Translations under genes and position numbers: made by a program | NCBI GenBank assembly: GCA_028534125.1 | Contig: CM052816.1 | Location: 52,020,001-52,084,000, forward strand | Direction of reading: 5' to 3' | DNA from: Lama glama | Taxonomy: Eukaryota | DNA: 64,000 bases | The notes under the pieces: model-generated | What the model saw: only the letters and a program-made list of their open reading frames with translations | What the model was told of the DNA's origin: nothing | Database searches by the model: none | In this document: piece by piece, positions 50,525 through 63,399 of the stretch | Numbering within the stretch: the first letter of the stretch is position 1 | Layout: each line of letters begins with the position of its first letter

Positions 50525-50680
50525 GAGCCCACCATGAGTCACCTCACTAGTACAAATATCAGGCGTGGTTTGAGGGGCCCACATGAATAATAAAGACACT
50601 GCTATCACTGGGAAGTGCGAAGGTCTAGAGGTTACCTCTCAAGAACTAGGAACAAAGGCCAGCCCAACTGTTTATTATAT
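50525..50680 (-). mobile_element. MER21-like LTR fragment
   Basis: atgaataataaagacactgctatcactgggaa...aggaacaaaggccag. Confidence 0.5.
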
Positions 50681-50778
50681 AAAATTATATATTTGATAAG
50701 GATCTAGGGTCCAGAATATATAAAGAACACTTACAACTGAACAATAAAAAGACAACCTAATTAAAAAGTGAACAAAGG

Positions 50779-51154
50779 TAATCACCAGGGACATGCAAAT
50801 CAAAACCATAACGAGATATCACCTCACACCTATCAGAATGGCTATCATCAAAAAGACCACAAATAATAAATGTTGGAGAGGATGTGAAGAAAAGGGAACC
50901 CTTGTACACTATTGGTGGGAATGTAAATTGGTGTAGCTACTATGGAAAATAGTTTCTGAGATTCCTCAAAAAACTGAAAATAGAACTACTCTATGATACA
51001 GCAATCCCACTCCTGGGTATATATCTGAAGAAAAAGAAAACACTAATTCAAAAAGATACATGCACCCCAAGTTCATAGCAGCATTATTTATAACAACAAA
51101 GATATAGAAGCAACCTAAGTGTCCATCAACAGATAAATGGAAAGAGAAGGTGTG

Positions 51155-51209
<55 letters not shown>

Positions 51210-51595
51210 ATGGAATACTATTCAGCCATAAAAAGAATGAAATTTTACCATTTGCAACAACATGGTTGGACTTGGAGGGCACTGTGCTAAGTGAAATAAG
51301 TCAGACACAGAGAAAGAAAAATACTGTATAACATCACTTATATGTGGAATTTAAAAAATACAACAAACTAATGAATAAAACAAAAAAGAAACAGACTCAC
51401 AGATGCAAAGAACAAACTAGTGGTTACCAGTGGCAGGGGAGGGGCACTAGACAGGTAGGAAGTGGGAGGTACAAACTACTGGGTGGAAGACAGGCTTAAG
51501 GATATATTGTACAGCAAGGAAATATAGACAATATTTTGTAATAACTGTAAATGGAAAGTAGCCTTGAAAATTGTATAAAAATTTAAAATTTTTTT
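50779..51595 (+). mobile_element. Younger 5'-truncated L1 (ORF2 C-terminal CCHC region + 3' UTR) nested in an older L1; internal (TA)n at ~51159-51202
   Basis: Encodes MQIKTITRYHLTPIRMAIIKK..CWRGCEEKGTLVHYWWECKLV. 16-bp TSD aaaaagtga[a/g]caaagg at 50763-50778 and 51596-51611. Host L1 continues either side. Confidence 0.9.
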
Positions 51596-52289
51596 AAAAA
51601 GTGAGCAAAGGATTTGAACAGACTTTTTTCCAAAGAAGTTATACAAATGGCCAGTAAACTCATGAAAATGTTCTTGGCATCGTTACGTCATTACCTCTCT
51701 TGGTCATGAAATATTTTCTTTCTTATATATTATTGAATTTATTTTGCTAATATTTTATTGAAGATTTTTAAGTATCAAAGGTATTTCTTATTGAATACTG
51801 ATGTCTTACATCCAGAAACTACACTGAAATCTCAATGCTTTTTTGAACTGGGGTATAGGAATGCAGAGCCAGCATGGCCCATCTCCCATTCTCTCTGTCT
51901 GTATTTTGTCTGTATTTTCCAAACCTCCATCAGGGAGTCCTGTACTTTGGAAGGAATCAGGTAAACCTCACACTTTGGTCCTCACATAGGTCTTGAGTCC
52001 TTTATCCACCATTCAGAATCTGTGGAATGGAGTGGACACTGATGGCTCCTCACACCTCCAAGAGGCCTGTAAGATAAGCTGTGCCTTCTGTTTCATGCTC
52101 TTCTCCGTGACTGACTTCTCTTGTTCTTCACAACTTAAGTTAGACACCAACTCTGCTAGATGACTCCCCTGAATTTCTCCCTCTTCCTAACCCCAGTTTT
52201 GATTCAAAGGCATCTCCCATATGTTCCTCCTGTGCTTTGTATATATGTCTGTCACAGGTGGCTTTACTACATTGTATCACTATGACAGG

Positions 52290-52545
52290 TAGACAATATA
52301 GTGTGATAATTTAAAGTAGGGACACTGGAGTCAGATCGTCTGGGTTTATGTCCTAGCTATATCTTGTGTAAGCTTTGTGTCTTAAAGTTTCTTAAATTCT
52401 GCATGCCTCAGCTTCCTCATCTATAACATCATGGTAATGATGCCCCTTGCATAAGGTTGTTGAGAGAATTAAATAATTTATCTATAGCGATTAGTATTAT
52501 GTGTTTGGCACAGAGTAACTGACCTGTAAAAATTAGCTATCATTA
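52290..52545 (+). mobile_element. MIR SINE followed by L2 3' end
   Basis: ctggagtcagatcgtctgggttt, gcctcagcttcctcatctataa core; L2 tail ttggcacacagtaggttctcaacaaatgtt at ~52650. Confidence 0.75.
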
Positions 52546-54154
52546 TTGTTGTTGCTTTAAATTTCTAATTTATCCAGGGGGTAGGAAGCTTCATGAGGAC
52601 AGAGAGCTTTATCTCATTCCTTTGCCATTCTCCAGTGCTAGCAAGTATGCTTGGCACACAGTAGGTTCTCAACAAATGTTCTGTTGTTTTTTGACATAGA
52701 ACAGGAAGTCTTTGCTCTCAGGGGCAAAGCTAAAAAAATAAACTACAGTCTATCTCCAAATATCTAGGGTTCATTTTACTTCTTTCCAGAGACCACGCAG
52801 TAATCATCCTTTGGGACTATCCATGGTGCTGACCTTTACCCAATTGCCTTAAGAGGCCAGTGCCTGCCCCAACAATTTGGATCATATTCTCTATTGACTT
52901 AATATCTCTGCTGCACACCCAGTCTAGCTGAGTATGCTGTCACCTCAATGTTCTGATGACTAAGGCTTTTTAATAACCCTCCCTACCTGGCTTCCTAAAT
53001 CAGGCAGTGGATGCTTCTTTCCTAAATCCTACCCTATTCAACTTGCTTCTCATGACCCCAACCACAAAATCAGCTAACTCTCCTCTCTATTCCCAATCAG
53101 TCCCTTTCTCACTCTCTCAGGCCTTTTTTGGCTTTGGTCCCCCACTACTTTGTTGTGCTTATTTTTCCCACTTTTCCTCCTTCCCCGAGAATGATATCAT
53201 CTGATATCCACTTCATTATTGTTAACACTTCCTCAAAAAATCCCCCTGGAATTGGTGGCATATTTTATCTAAATGCAGAAAGAAAGGAAGTAGGGCAGGC
53301 CTTCCATGGGAGAAGAGCAAGAGACAGGCAGGCTTTTCAGAGATAGGAAGCTGCATGTTTGGCCTCTGACGTTTACCTGTTTAAGATAGGTTCCAATACA
53401 GCTTTTCCTTAAGACAGAGCTGAGGATGAGGTTGGTTATGGAGTGTGTGTGGCAACAGGGCTCTGACTGGGAGTTAAAACAGGTGGGAAATGCCCCAAGT
53501 ATGACTTGTATGGGGCCATATCTGGCTAGAGAGACATTTTTTTGCTCCAGATAAACTCTACTAGAAGGAAAGCATCCAAAGAAGAAAGGGAAAGTTCTGG
53601 GGTTTTTTTTTTTTCCTTTCCATGGACCTACTTAAAAGAAATTCAACTATAGCCACAAACAGATAAAAATCATCACCATCTTTAGATAGGAAGACTGAGC
53701 ACACTTAAGTATGCAGTTCCTAACATTGCTACAGCAAAGTGCAACCAACAGACAGCCTAGTTAAGGACCTGAAGTGAACCAGGCTCAGATATGGAGACTC
53801 AAAACTCTGAGAGTTGGCGCTGGCGGTGGGCTGAATCCAAGGAGCTGAGCCAGCTTCTAAGCATTTACATGATCTCAAGCATTTACTAGAATGTTTCTGA
53901 AGGCAAATGAATATGCATACAGCAACATTTGCTATTGTTTTCATTCATATAAGTAACTGGGGCAGGGATTTTTTTTTAAAGCAATATTTTGTTTTGTTTT
54001 GCTTTTTAAAGCTAACACTGCTTGGAGTCAGGAGTTTTTCTAAGAGCTTTACATACATTAACCCATTCAATTTCCAAAGAAACCCAATGATCTAGGTGCT
54101 ATTATTATGCTGTTTTACATATGAAGATTTGGGGCCCAGACAAGTTGAGCAACT

Positions 54155-54654
54155 NNNNNNNNNNNNNNNNNNNNNNNNNNNNNNNNNNNNNNNNNNNNNN
54201 NNNNNNNNNNNNNNNNNNNNNNNNNNNNNNNNNNNNNNNNNNNNNNNNNNNNNNNNNNNNNNNNNNNNNNNNNNNNNNNNNNNNNNNNNNNNNNNNNNNN
54301 NNNNNNNNNNNNNNNNNNNNNNNNNNNNNNNNNNNNNNNNNNNNNNNNNNNNNNNNNNNNNNNNNNNNNNNNNNNNNNNNNNNNNNNNNNNNNNNNNNNN
54401 NNNNNNNNNNNNNNNNNNNNNNNNNNNNNNNNNNNNNNNNNNNNNNNNNNNNNNNNNNNNNNNNNNNNNNNNNNNNNNNNNNNNNNNNNNNNNNNNNNNN
54501 NNNNNNNNNNNNNNNNNNNNNNNNNNNNNNNNNNNNNNNNNNNNNNNNNNNNNNNNNNNNNNNNNNNNNNNNNNNNNNNNNNNNNNNNNNNNNNNNNNNN
54601 NNNNNNNNNNNNNNNNNNNNNNNNNNNNNNNNNNNNNNNNNNNNNNNNNNNNNN
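54155..54654. other. Assembly gap (500 N)
   Basis: Run of exactly 500 N. Confidence 1.
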
Positions 54655-54656
54655 GT

Positions 54657-55140
54657 TGTATCAGTTAGGATGCTTTTGGCAGCAAGCAATAGAAAAATCC
54701 AGCTTATAGCTTAAACTATAAGGATGTTAATAGTCCACTAAGAAGTCTAGGTAGGCAGACAATTGGATTGGACAGTTGGCTTGATAGTTTAATTATGTCA
54801 CCAAGGACTCCAGCTCTTCCTATCCTTGACTTCACTGCTCTCATGATCATAGTTTCAGGCATCACAATATTACATCACAGCTTTCAAAGCCAAAAATGGA
54901 GAATAGTGGACAAAAACAACTTTCTTTTTGCATGCTACTCTTATCAGAAAGAAAAAAAATATTTCCTGAGTACTCTGGACTATTTCCCTTAAATCTCATT
55001 GTTCAGAACTGGATCACATGCTCATCCCTGGACCAATTTACTCTCAAGGAGGAATGGAGTTGCTATGATTGGCTTGGACTAATCAAACTATTAGTTGGGC
55101 TCATTGCAGCTAGAATGAAGTTGGGATTCTGTTCTCAAAG
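54657..55140 (-). mobile_element. Old MaLR LTR (MLT1J/K-like)
   Basis: tgtatcagttaggatgcttttggcagcaagcaatagaaaa terminus; cagaactggatcacatgctcatccctggaccaat. Confidence 0.7.
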
Positions 55141-55267
55141 AAGGAAGAAGAAACTGTACAAAGTTTCAGCCTTTAGCAAAGGGTAAATAGATCAGTAAGA
55201 AGCCTAAGCAGAATGTTATACAGACTACATAAACGTTGATGCTGCTGTGGTATGGGTGGAAACATGC

Positions 55268-55642
55268 AACAGTCAGGATAGGCTAAGTAATGCTGTGGGA
55301 ACAAACAACCCCAAGTAAACAGAGGTTGATTCCCTGCTCAAGTTACATGTCTATCATAGGACTGCCGCAACTCTGCTCCACTGATAAACCCAGGCTCACA
55401 GAGCAACTCTGATCTGGAATGCTGCTGGTCTTACAGCAGAGGAATAAAAAACATGGCAAACAAGATGCTCATTCTTAAAATTTCTGGCTCCAAAGTGACA
55501 CATGTCACTTCTGCTCACAATTTATTGCCAAAGCAAGTCATACGGACATGCCTGAGTTCAACAGCCAGCAAGCATTATCCTCCTGCAGAAATGTGATCCA
55601 GGGAGGGGCAACAAATATTTTGAATGATAATGCAATCTACCA
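55268..55642 (-). mobile_element. Old MaLR LTR (MLT1I/J-like)
   Basis: agtcaggataggctaagtaatgctgtg...aagtgacacatgtcacttctgctcaca...gccaaagcaagtca. Confidence 0.75.
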
Positions 55643-58087
55643 AAAGGGTAGATGTGTCATTTACCAATTATTCACTTCAATATGGTCATACATATTTGTG
55701 ATTCAGCATTAAGCTTTTGTAAACCCACAGTCCAGCTTGTATTTTTCTGTTGTCATTAAAGTCAGACTTTGCCATTTACCCTATGATAAGCCACCTGAAG
55801 AACCAATTAAAGGAATAGCATTTGCTGTTTACTTCTTAATTTTTTTCAATAGAATAACCACCATATAAATAAAAAATAATTTAAAACATCCATGAAGAGT
55901 TCTATCTCCTGAGTTCCATCTTCCTCTACCCCTTAGCTCTAAGCCCTTCTGAGTGCAGAAGGGGTTTTAACTGTTCTCCCAACACCTCATGCTCTCTTTT
56001 TTTATCTAGAATTAGGTTGGCTCAGTGAATAGTTCGGGCACAACCACAGTAGCCTAATCTTTCACAGCTCAAGTATGGCCTAGTTGAAAACAGCATATTT
56101 TCTTATTGAGAAGTTTGTTTATACTAGGGGCAAATCCCACAACTTGTAAAGTTCTATTCTAATCCTCTCCGGACACAGCCTGATAAAGTCCTTGCAAAGC
56201 AACTCTCTCCCAGTGCACTTTCCTTCACATTTAGCTCCTGTATCCTCAAGATGAGAATCAGGGCAATTATGTAACTTTCTGCAACTTCTCTGCAATTAAT
56301 TATGGGAAGAAACATTGCTTTTCTTGTTGCGTAGGGCTTTGCAGAAGCATTTAAAGCAAGCTTTCTGTGCTGAGAGCTTATTTTAACTTATTTTGTGATT
56401 GACAAGGTTCTATGGCAACATATTATATAGAAATCATATATGACTTTTTGGAAACAGTTATTAGATTAACTTCTTTGTTCTTTAAAGAACTCAAAATTAA
56501 CTTGAACAGGGCATACATAAGAAATTTTCCTCTAGTATTTCTCAATCAAAACCCACCAAAAAAGCAATTATTATATGATCTATTAAATTTTTATTGTGTA
56601 AAATATACATAAAACCTACCATATTAACCATTTTGAGTGCATAGTTTAGTAGCATTAAGTACACTCATATTGTTGTACAATCAATTGCCACAATCCATCT
56701 CTAGAACTTTTTCTTCACCCCAAACAGAAGCTCTGTAACCATTTAGCAATAACTCCCCATTATTTGGTCTTCCAAACAACCGTTCTATTTTCTGTCTCTA
56801 TGAATTTGACTATTCTGGGTACCTCATATAAGTGGAATCAAACAGTATTTGTCTTCTTGTAACTGGCTTATTTCACTTAGTGTCCTCAAGGTTCATCCAT
56901 GTTTTAGCATGTGTCCGAATTCTCTTCATTTTTAAGTCTATTAACTTTTAAACTGATAACGTATTTTAAAATGATCTGCATTGTTTTTAAATATTTTTTA
57001 ACATTTTTTATTGAGTGTTTTGTTTTCCTTTTGACTTACACAGTCAGACTTACTTCATGTACAGTTCTAATGGCTTCAATATATGCACAGATTTGTGTAA
57101 CCACAAACACAGTCAGAATACAGAATTCCTCCGAATTTCTCTTGTTACGTTCTACCCTGCTCCAATGCTCATCCCAGGGAATCATTAATCTACTCTCCCT
57201 CCCTATAGTTTGCCTCTTCCAGAATGTCATGTAAGTGGAATCAGGAGTATATAACCTTTTGGAACTGGGTTCTTTCATTCAGCAATAATACATGAGAGAT
57301 TTACCCACGTTGTTGTTTGTATCAATAGTTTGTTCCTTTTCATTGCTGAAAAGTATTCCATTGCATGGAGCTATCACAATTTATCCAGTCACCAGCTGAC
57401 ACATTTGGATTGTTCCCAGTTATGGGCCATCATGAATAATGCTGTTATAAACATCCACTCATAAGTTTTTGTGTGAATATAAGTTTTTGTTTCTCTAGGG
57501 TAAATAGCTAGGAGTAGGAATGCTAAATCACATAGCAATCATACATTTAACAGAAAATGCCTAACTGTTTTCTAAAGTGGCTGTACCATTTTGCACTCTC
57601 ATCAGCAAAGTAGAATTTCAGTTGCTACACATTCTTACTAGCATTTGGTTTTGTGTTGTGTATGTATGTTTTAAGACACTCTAATGCGTGCACAGCAGTA
57701 TCTCACTGTGGCTTTACTTTACATTTCTCTAATAACTAATGTTGTACATCATTTTTTTGTACTTATTGCCATTCATTTGTCTTCTTTGGTGACATGTCTG
57801 TTCAAACCTGTTGCCCATTCTTGTACTGAGCTGTTTCCTTATTGCTGAGCTTTGAGAGCTCTTTATATGTTACGACGATGAGTCCTTGGTTGGATATGTG
57901 ATTTGCCAATATTATTTTTCCAGTCTATAGCTGATCTTTCCCTCTCTTAACAGTGGATTTTGCAGGTCAAAAGTTGTGTTTTTTAAAATTATGATGAAGA
58001 TCCATTTATCCATCTTTTAAATGGACTGTATTTGGTGTTATGCTTAAAAATTCTCTGCCTAATCCAAGGTCATGAGGATTTTCTCCT

Positions 58088-58194
58088 TTTTTGTTTGTTT
58101 TAACATTTTTTATTGAGTCATAGTCATTTTACAATGTTGTGGCAATTTCCAGTGTAGAGCACAATTTTTCAGTTATAAGTGAACATAAATATAT
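58088..58194 (-). mobile_element. Very short young L1 3' end
   Basis: 11-bp TSD gattttctcct at 58077-58087 and 58195-58205; reverse complement closely matches 58966-59071. Confidence 0.85.
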
Positions 58195-58965
58195 GATTTT
58201 CTCCTATCTTTTATTCTGGTAATTTCATAGTTTTAAATTTCACATTTAGGTCTACAGTCAATTTTGAGTTAATTTTTGTACAAGGAGTATAGTAAAGGTC
58301 AGGTTCATTTTTTTTGCACATGGATATCCAGTAGTTTTTTATAATGTTTTCAGTTTGTCCCCTTTTTTCTTCATTCTTTTGTTTCTCCTTTCATGATTCC
58401 TTCTGAATTACTTGAATATCTTTGAGTTTTCTATTTTGACTGTATACTTTGTATAATAGTTTTTATGATGGCTCTAAGGATTAAACGTACTTACTGAACT
58501 TTAATAGTCTACTTACTAATATTTAATCACTCCAAATGAAAGGTAGGAAACTTTCAGTCTTATAGGTCCCTTTGCATTCCACCCTCATTTTGCAGCTACC
58601 ATATATGTATTACAACCACATACACTAAAAATTCTACCATTCAATGTCATATTGTTTATAACAATTACACATATTTTAAAGAATGGAAGAGGAATAAAGT
58701 GTATTATGTTTACCCATATACTTGCTATTTCTGTTGCTCTTCCTTCATTCTTGGAAATTTCAAATTCCTCTCTGGTTTCATTTCCATTCTGTCTGAAGAA
58801 TTTCCTTTAGTATTTCTTTTAGAGCAAGGGTACTATCAAATTCTCTTATTTTCTTTTCATCTGAGAATGCCTTTATTTTGCCTTCATTCCTGAAGGATAT
58901 TTTCATAAAATATAGAATTCTGGGTTGATATTTCTTTTCTTTCAGCATTTAAAAAATGTTGTCCC

Positions 58966-59071
58966 TGACAATGAGTGTGTATATGTCCATGAATGACTGA
59001 AAAATTGTGCTGAACACTGGAATTTGACACAACATTGTAAAATGATTATAAATCAATAAAAAATGTTAAAA
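58966..59071 (+). mobile_element. Very short young L1 3' end
   Basis: AATAAA + A tail; perfect 15-bp TSD aaaaaatgttgtccc at 58951-58965 and 59072-59086. Confidence 0.88.
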
Positions 59072-59086
59072 AAAAAATGTTGTCCC

Positions 59087-59737
59087 ACCTTTTACACTGT
59101 CACTGGGAACGTAAATTGGTGCAACCACTATAGAAAACAGTATGGAGGTTTCTCAAAACACTAAAAATAGTGTTAGCTTGTAACTCAACAATTCCACTTC
59201 TGGGTATATATCCAAAAAAAAAACCCAAAAACACTAATTCAAAAAGATACATGTACCCCAATGTTCACAGCAGTATTATTTACAACTACCAAAACAAGAA
59301 GCAACCTAAGTGTCCATCAGCAAAGAATGGAATACTACTCAGCCATAAAAAACAGGAAAATTTGCCATCTGCAGCAACATGAGTGGACTTGGAGGTCATG
59401 ATACTAAGGGTAATAAGTCAGACAGAGAAAGATAAATGCTTTATGATATCGCTTATATGCAGAATCTAAAAACACAACAAACTAGTGAATACAACAAGAA
59501 AAAAGCAGATTCACAGGTATAGAAAAGAAATTAGTGGTTACCAGTCGAGGGGAAGCAATATAAAGGTGGGAAAGTGGAGGTACAAACCATTAGGTGTAAG
59601 ATGTACAAGGATGTACTGTATAACATAGGGATACTGTATAACACAGTCAATATTTCATAATAACTGTCAGTGAAAAGTAACCTTTGAAAAATACATAAAA
59701 AATTAAACATTTTAAAATAAGACAAAATAAAAATTTT
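59087..59737 (+). mobile_element. 5'-truncated L1 (ORF2 end + 3' UTR), same type as 50779-51595
   Basis: Clear similarity to 50900-51590; diverged TSD aaatgttgtccca / aaatgttgttcta. Confidence 0.85.
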
Positions 59738-62700
59738 AAATGTTGTTCTATCACTTTCTGGTCTCCATGATTTCTGATGAGAAATCCCCAGTCATTTGAG
59801 TAACTTTGCCTCTATAGGTGATGTGCCATTTAGCTTCACATTTTTTCTTTCATTTTCAGCAGTTTGGTTATGATGTACCTGGACAGTTTTTCGTTTCTTC
59901 TATTTATTTTGCTGAGCTTCTTGAATCCTTATAGGCATGTCTTCTGCCAATTCACCCGTTCTTTCAATTTAGCTGCATCAACCTCTTTCTCTTCTCTTTC
60001 TGAGGCTCCAAAGACATGTAAGTGTCCAAAGACACCTTTGGATACTGTCCCACAGGCACACAAGGCTCTATTATTCAGAGTGGACGATATAAGTTGATCT
60101 TGATACTACTCTTCAAGTTCACTGACTCTTTCCTCCATCATCTTCATTCTGTGTTGAGCCCATCTAGTGACTTTATTACAATGGTTGCAACTTTCAGTTT
60201 GTACCTATCTACTTGTTTTTTTTTTTTTCCTTTTCCCCACTCTGAAACATGCTTTATTTTTACTTATAAATACATTATGGATATATTTGTAGATAAGTAC
60301 ATATCAACTCACTTTATTTCTTTTAAAAAAAACCTGTGGTAAAATACACAAAATTTACCATCTTAACTATTTTTGAGTATACTATACAGTTCAGTAGTGT
60401 TAAGTACCTTCACATTGTTGTGCACCCAGTCTTCAGAACTCTTTCATCTTGCAAAACTGAAACTCTATACCCATTAAGCAATTTCCCATTTCTATCTACC
60501 CCTGTGATTTTTTTTCTTATAGCTTCTATTTCTCTGCAGAGAATTTCTATCTTTTCACTCACTTTAAGAGTGTTCTCTTACTTCTTGGAGTTTGGCTATT
60601 ATAGCTGCTTTAAAGTCATTGATAAGTTGAACATGAGAAACATCTTGAGGTTGGTTTTTCTTGAGTTTTTGAGATTTTTCCTGGTTCTTGATACTGCAAC
60701 ATTTTGAATTATCCCTAAATGTTTTACCTATTATTATTCCCTGGTTCCTGTTAAAGTACTTTGATCAGTGTTTATTTTGTTGTTTCAGTTGCTGGTCAGC
60801 CTGATTGGTTCAAGCCACATGTTCTGACCTGCCATCAGTGAACTATAGTTTTATCACTTCAATTTTCAAAGCCTTTGCTGTGCTATTGAAGTCTGCCTCA
60901 CATGTCCATCATTCAGGTAGTCAGTCTTGGACCTGGTGTTGGTCTGCATCATAGCTAGTTCTCAAAGCTTTTCGTACATTGTTCTGGGTCAGTTCCATGC
61001 ATGAAAAGCTTAGAGTTTTCTAGGACTTTATATACAGCTTTATAAGAATCTTTTCCTGAAGCTCCCTCTTTTCTGTGATTTCTCCCACTCTCTCTCCTGC
61101 TCCCAAGAGCCTCTTCTCCTGGTTGTCTGGCTAGAAAACTAGAAATCTAAGGTTTTATTCTCCCTTCAGTATACTGTACTCCTGACTGAGGCCACCTCTG
61201 GTGTCGAGTGTGGGGAGAACAGAAAGAGGAAAAAAGTAGTAATAGGGCCTCTTTTACAAGTTTCTATCACCAGAGAGAAGGAATTCTTCCTCAGAGTGTT
61301 AGGTGCCTGTGCATCTGTTCTGATGCTGCCACTGCAGGAGTGAAGCTGCTGGAATGGGGTCTGACTCAGCGCCGGACTGAGAGAGAAAAAAAATGCAGAG
61401 GATTTCCCTAACTTTATCTATCCAATAGGGGCATCTTCCTTTCTTGTCCTGTATCCTGAGGGTTTTGCTTGGAGATTTTTCTGATCATTACCAGTGTGCA
61501 ATTCTGCCTTTTAATCTAAATCAGGAGATCCAAGAGGAAGGAAAAAAAAAACAAAAACAAAAACCAGGAAACTCACCAGTAGTGATTATACCTTGATTTT
61601 TTATTTCCCTTATCAATCTGTCTTATGTTCAGATCCCTAGCTGATTTATGTGTTATTCTTTCCAGAGTTTTTGGTTGTAATCACGGGTAAGATAAAGTGG
61701 CATGGGCTTACTTCATCTTAACTGGAAATTAAAGTCTGTGCCCATTTTTAATTTTATTTTTTAAATGACTTGATATTATTCCTCAATCAGGGAAATGGGA
61801 TACTTGGGGAAATAAGCAGGAGAGTACTTAGACGCATTATCATTATCTTACTACTGTCAATATTAATATTATTATGAGTGGTATTCAATATTATTGGTTT
61901 ATGGTACATATTAGACATGGTTAAAATCTTATTAATACAGTCGGGCACAAAATAATCAGTCACAGTCCATACAGAATATGAGCTCCAAAGACAGATTTCC
62001 TCATCATTAAATTTTCTTCTTTGCTTCTGGTCAATGAAGATGGCTATACCTCCACTTCATTTTTGGCTCATAAAATTACAACCCTGACAACAAGTACACC
62101 TCAGAGCTTGAGTATAAAGCATAGAACTACAGTGATCAGTGGCATGCTTTATACAAAGAAACAGTTCTACGTGCTGCTCCACCAGGGCAAGCTGCAGCTA
62201 CAAAGAGGCGGCGGAGAACTAACAAGGAATTCTTAGACAAAGTCCTTCTCAGAACACACCTAACAGCCTTCAGAATTATGTGCATTACATACATATTTAA
62301 AGAATTCGTCAGCAGGAAAAGTGACTGACTTCCCAGTTTTAAAAATGAGCTGATCCCAAGCAGGATGGCTAAGGTTAGGTTTAGAGTCAAAATTATGCCA
62401 ATATTCATCATTTTAAAAAGAGGAAATATTCATCTTCTAAGAAGCATGAGAAGAACATAAGATGCATAAATCTATTTCTCCTCCTCTGAAACCAAAAGTA
62501 ACAAAGAGAGTCAAATATGGAGAAAGAAATATCTCTAATGAAATCAGGGCAGCCACAATCCCTTTGAGTAGACTCTGGAGAACATTTGTCAAATACAACA
62601 AAATTGGGATTAAAAGAAAAACTGAAGGAGGATTCTGAGATTTGACATACATCTAGCCTAATTTTAAGCAAGTGTAAGGAGGGAGGGGGACGTGTGGTGA

Positions 62701-63399
62701 GCCCTCTCAGCAATGCTTACACTGGATGTGGCCAGACTGGGGGGTGTGGAGAAACACAGCAGGGGTAAGCACCCACCTTCACAGCAGCACATAGTGAAGC
62801 ATTTGAAGGATGACCTTTCAGCATATTATGAAAAACAAAACCTTCTCCTTGAAGTATACCACACATACAAAATGAATGAAATGAACACATCCATGTAACT
62901 AGCATCATGTCAAGAAACAGAATATTATCATCACCACAGAAGCCCCTATTGTCCTTTACCAAGGAAGCCCTTCTAACAGCATACATTGATTTTGTTTCTT
63001 TTTGTACTTGATATATATGGAGCCATCCATATGTATGATTTTGTCTGTCATGTCATTTTTATTTCTTTCTATCTGGGTTCCTAACCAAGGAGGAAGGTCA
63101 GGAGATGATGAAACCAGCTCTACAGCTGCAGAACAGAGACGACTGAAGAGAAGTAAGACCAGACCTTGTAAACAAACCTGTAAGCCATAGGACCTCATAC
63201 TGACCCATACTCTGAAAATGAAATGGACATGAGAAATCTGGGTTGTCAGAATCCTCTCCCTGCTATGACACCAGTGATGGAAGATGCAATAACTATGGTG
63301 ATTACATATTTGGAGACAGAGTGTCTTAGCTGATTTCTTGCTGCCCAATATCAATGCTCCCTGCCTACCTCCCCTGAACATAACTGAATCATTGCATAA

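Larger units (their letters stand above)
56585..61730 (-). mobile_element. Nested mosaic of old L1 fragments (L1MB/MC/ME-like)
   Basis: tattctgggtacctcatataagtggaatca, aagtggctgtaccattttgcactctcatcagcaa, ttttgccttcattcctgaaggatattttc, and others. Confidence 0.8.

Noticed and set aside
54096..54714. ~190-aa ORFs spanning the gap
   Set aside because: Artefacts of the N run.
55493..55510. Hairpin aagtgaca-ca-tgtcactt
   Set aside because: Part of the ordinary MLT1 LTR sequence.
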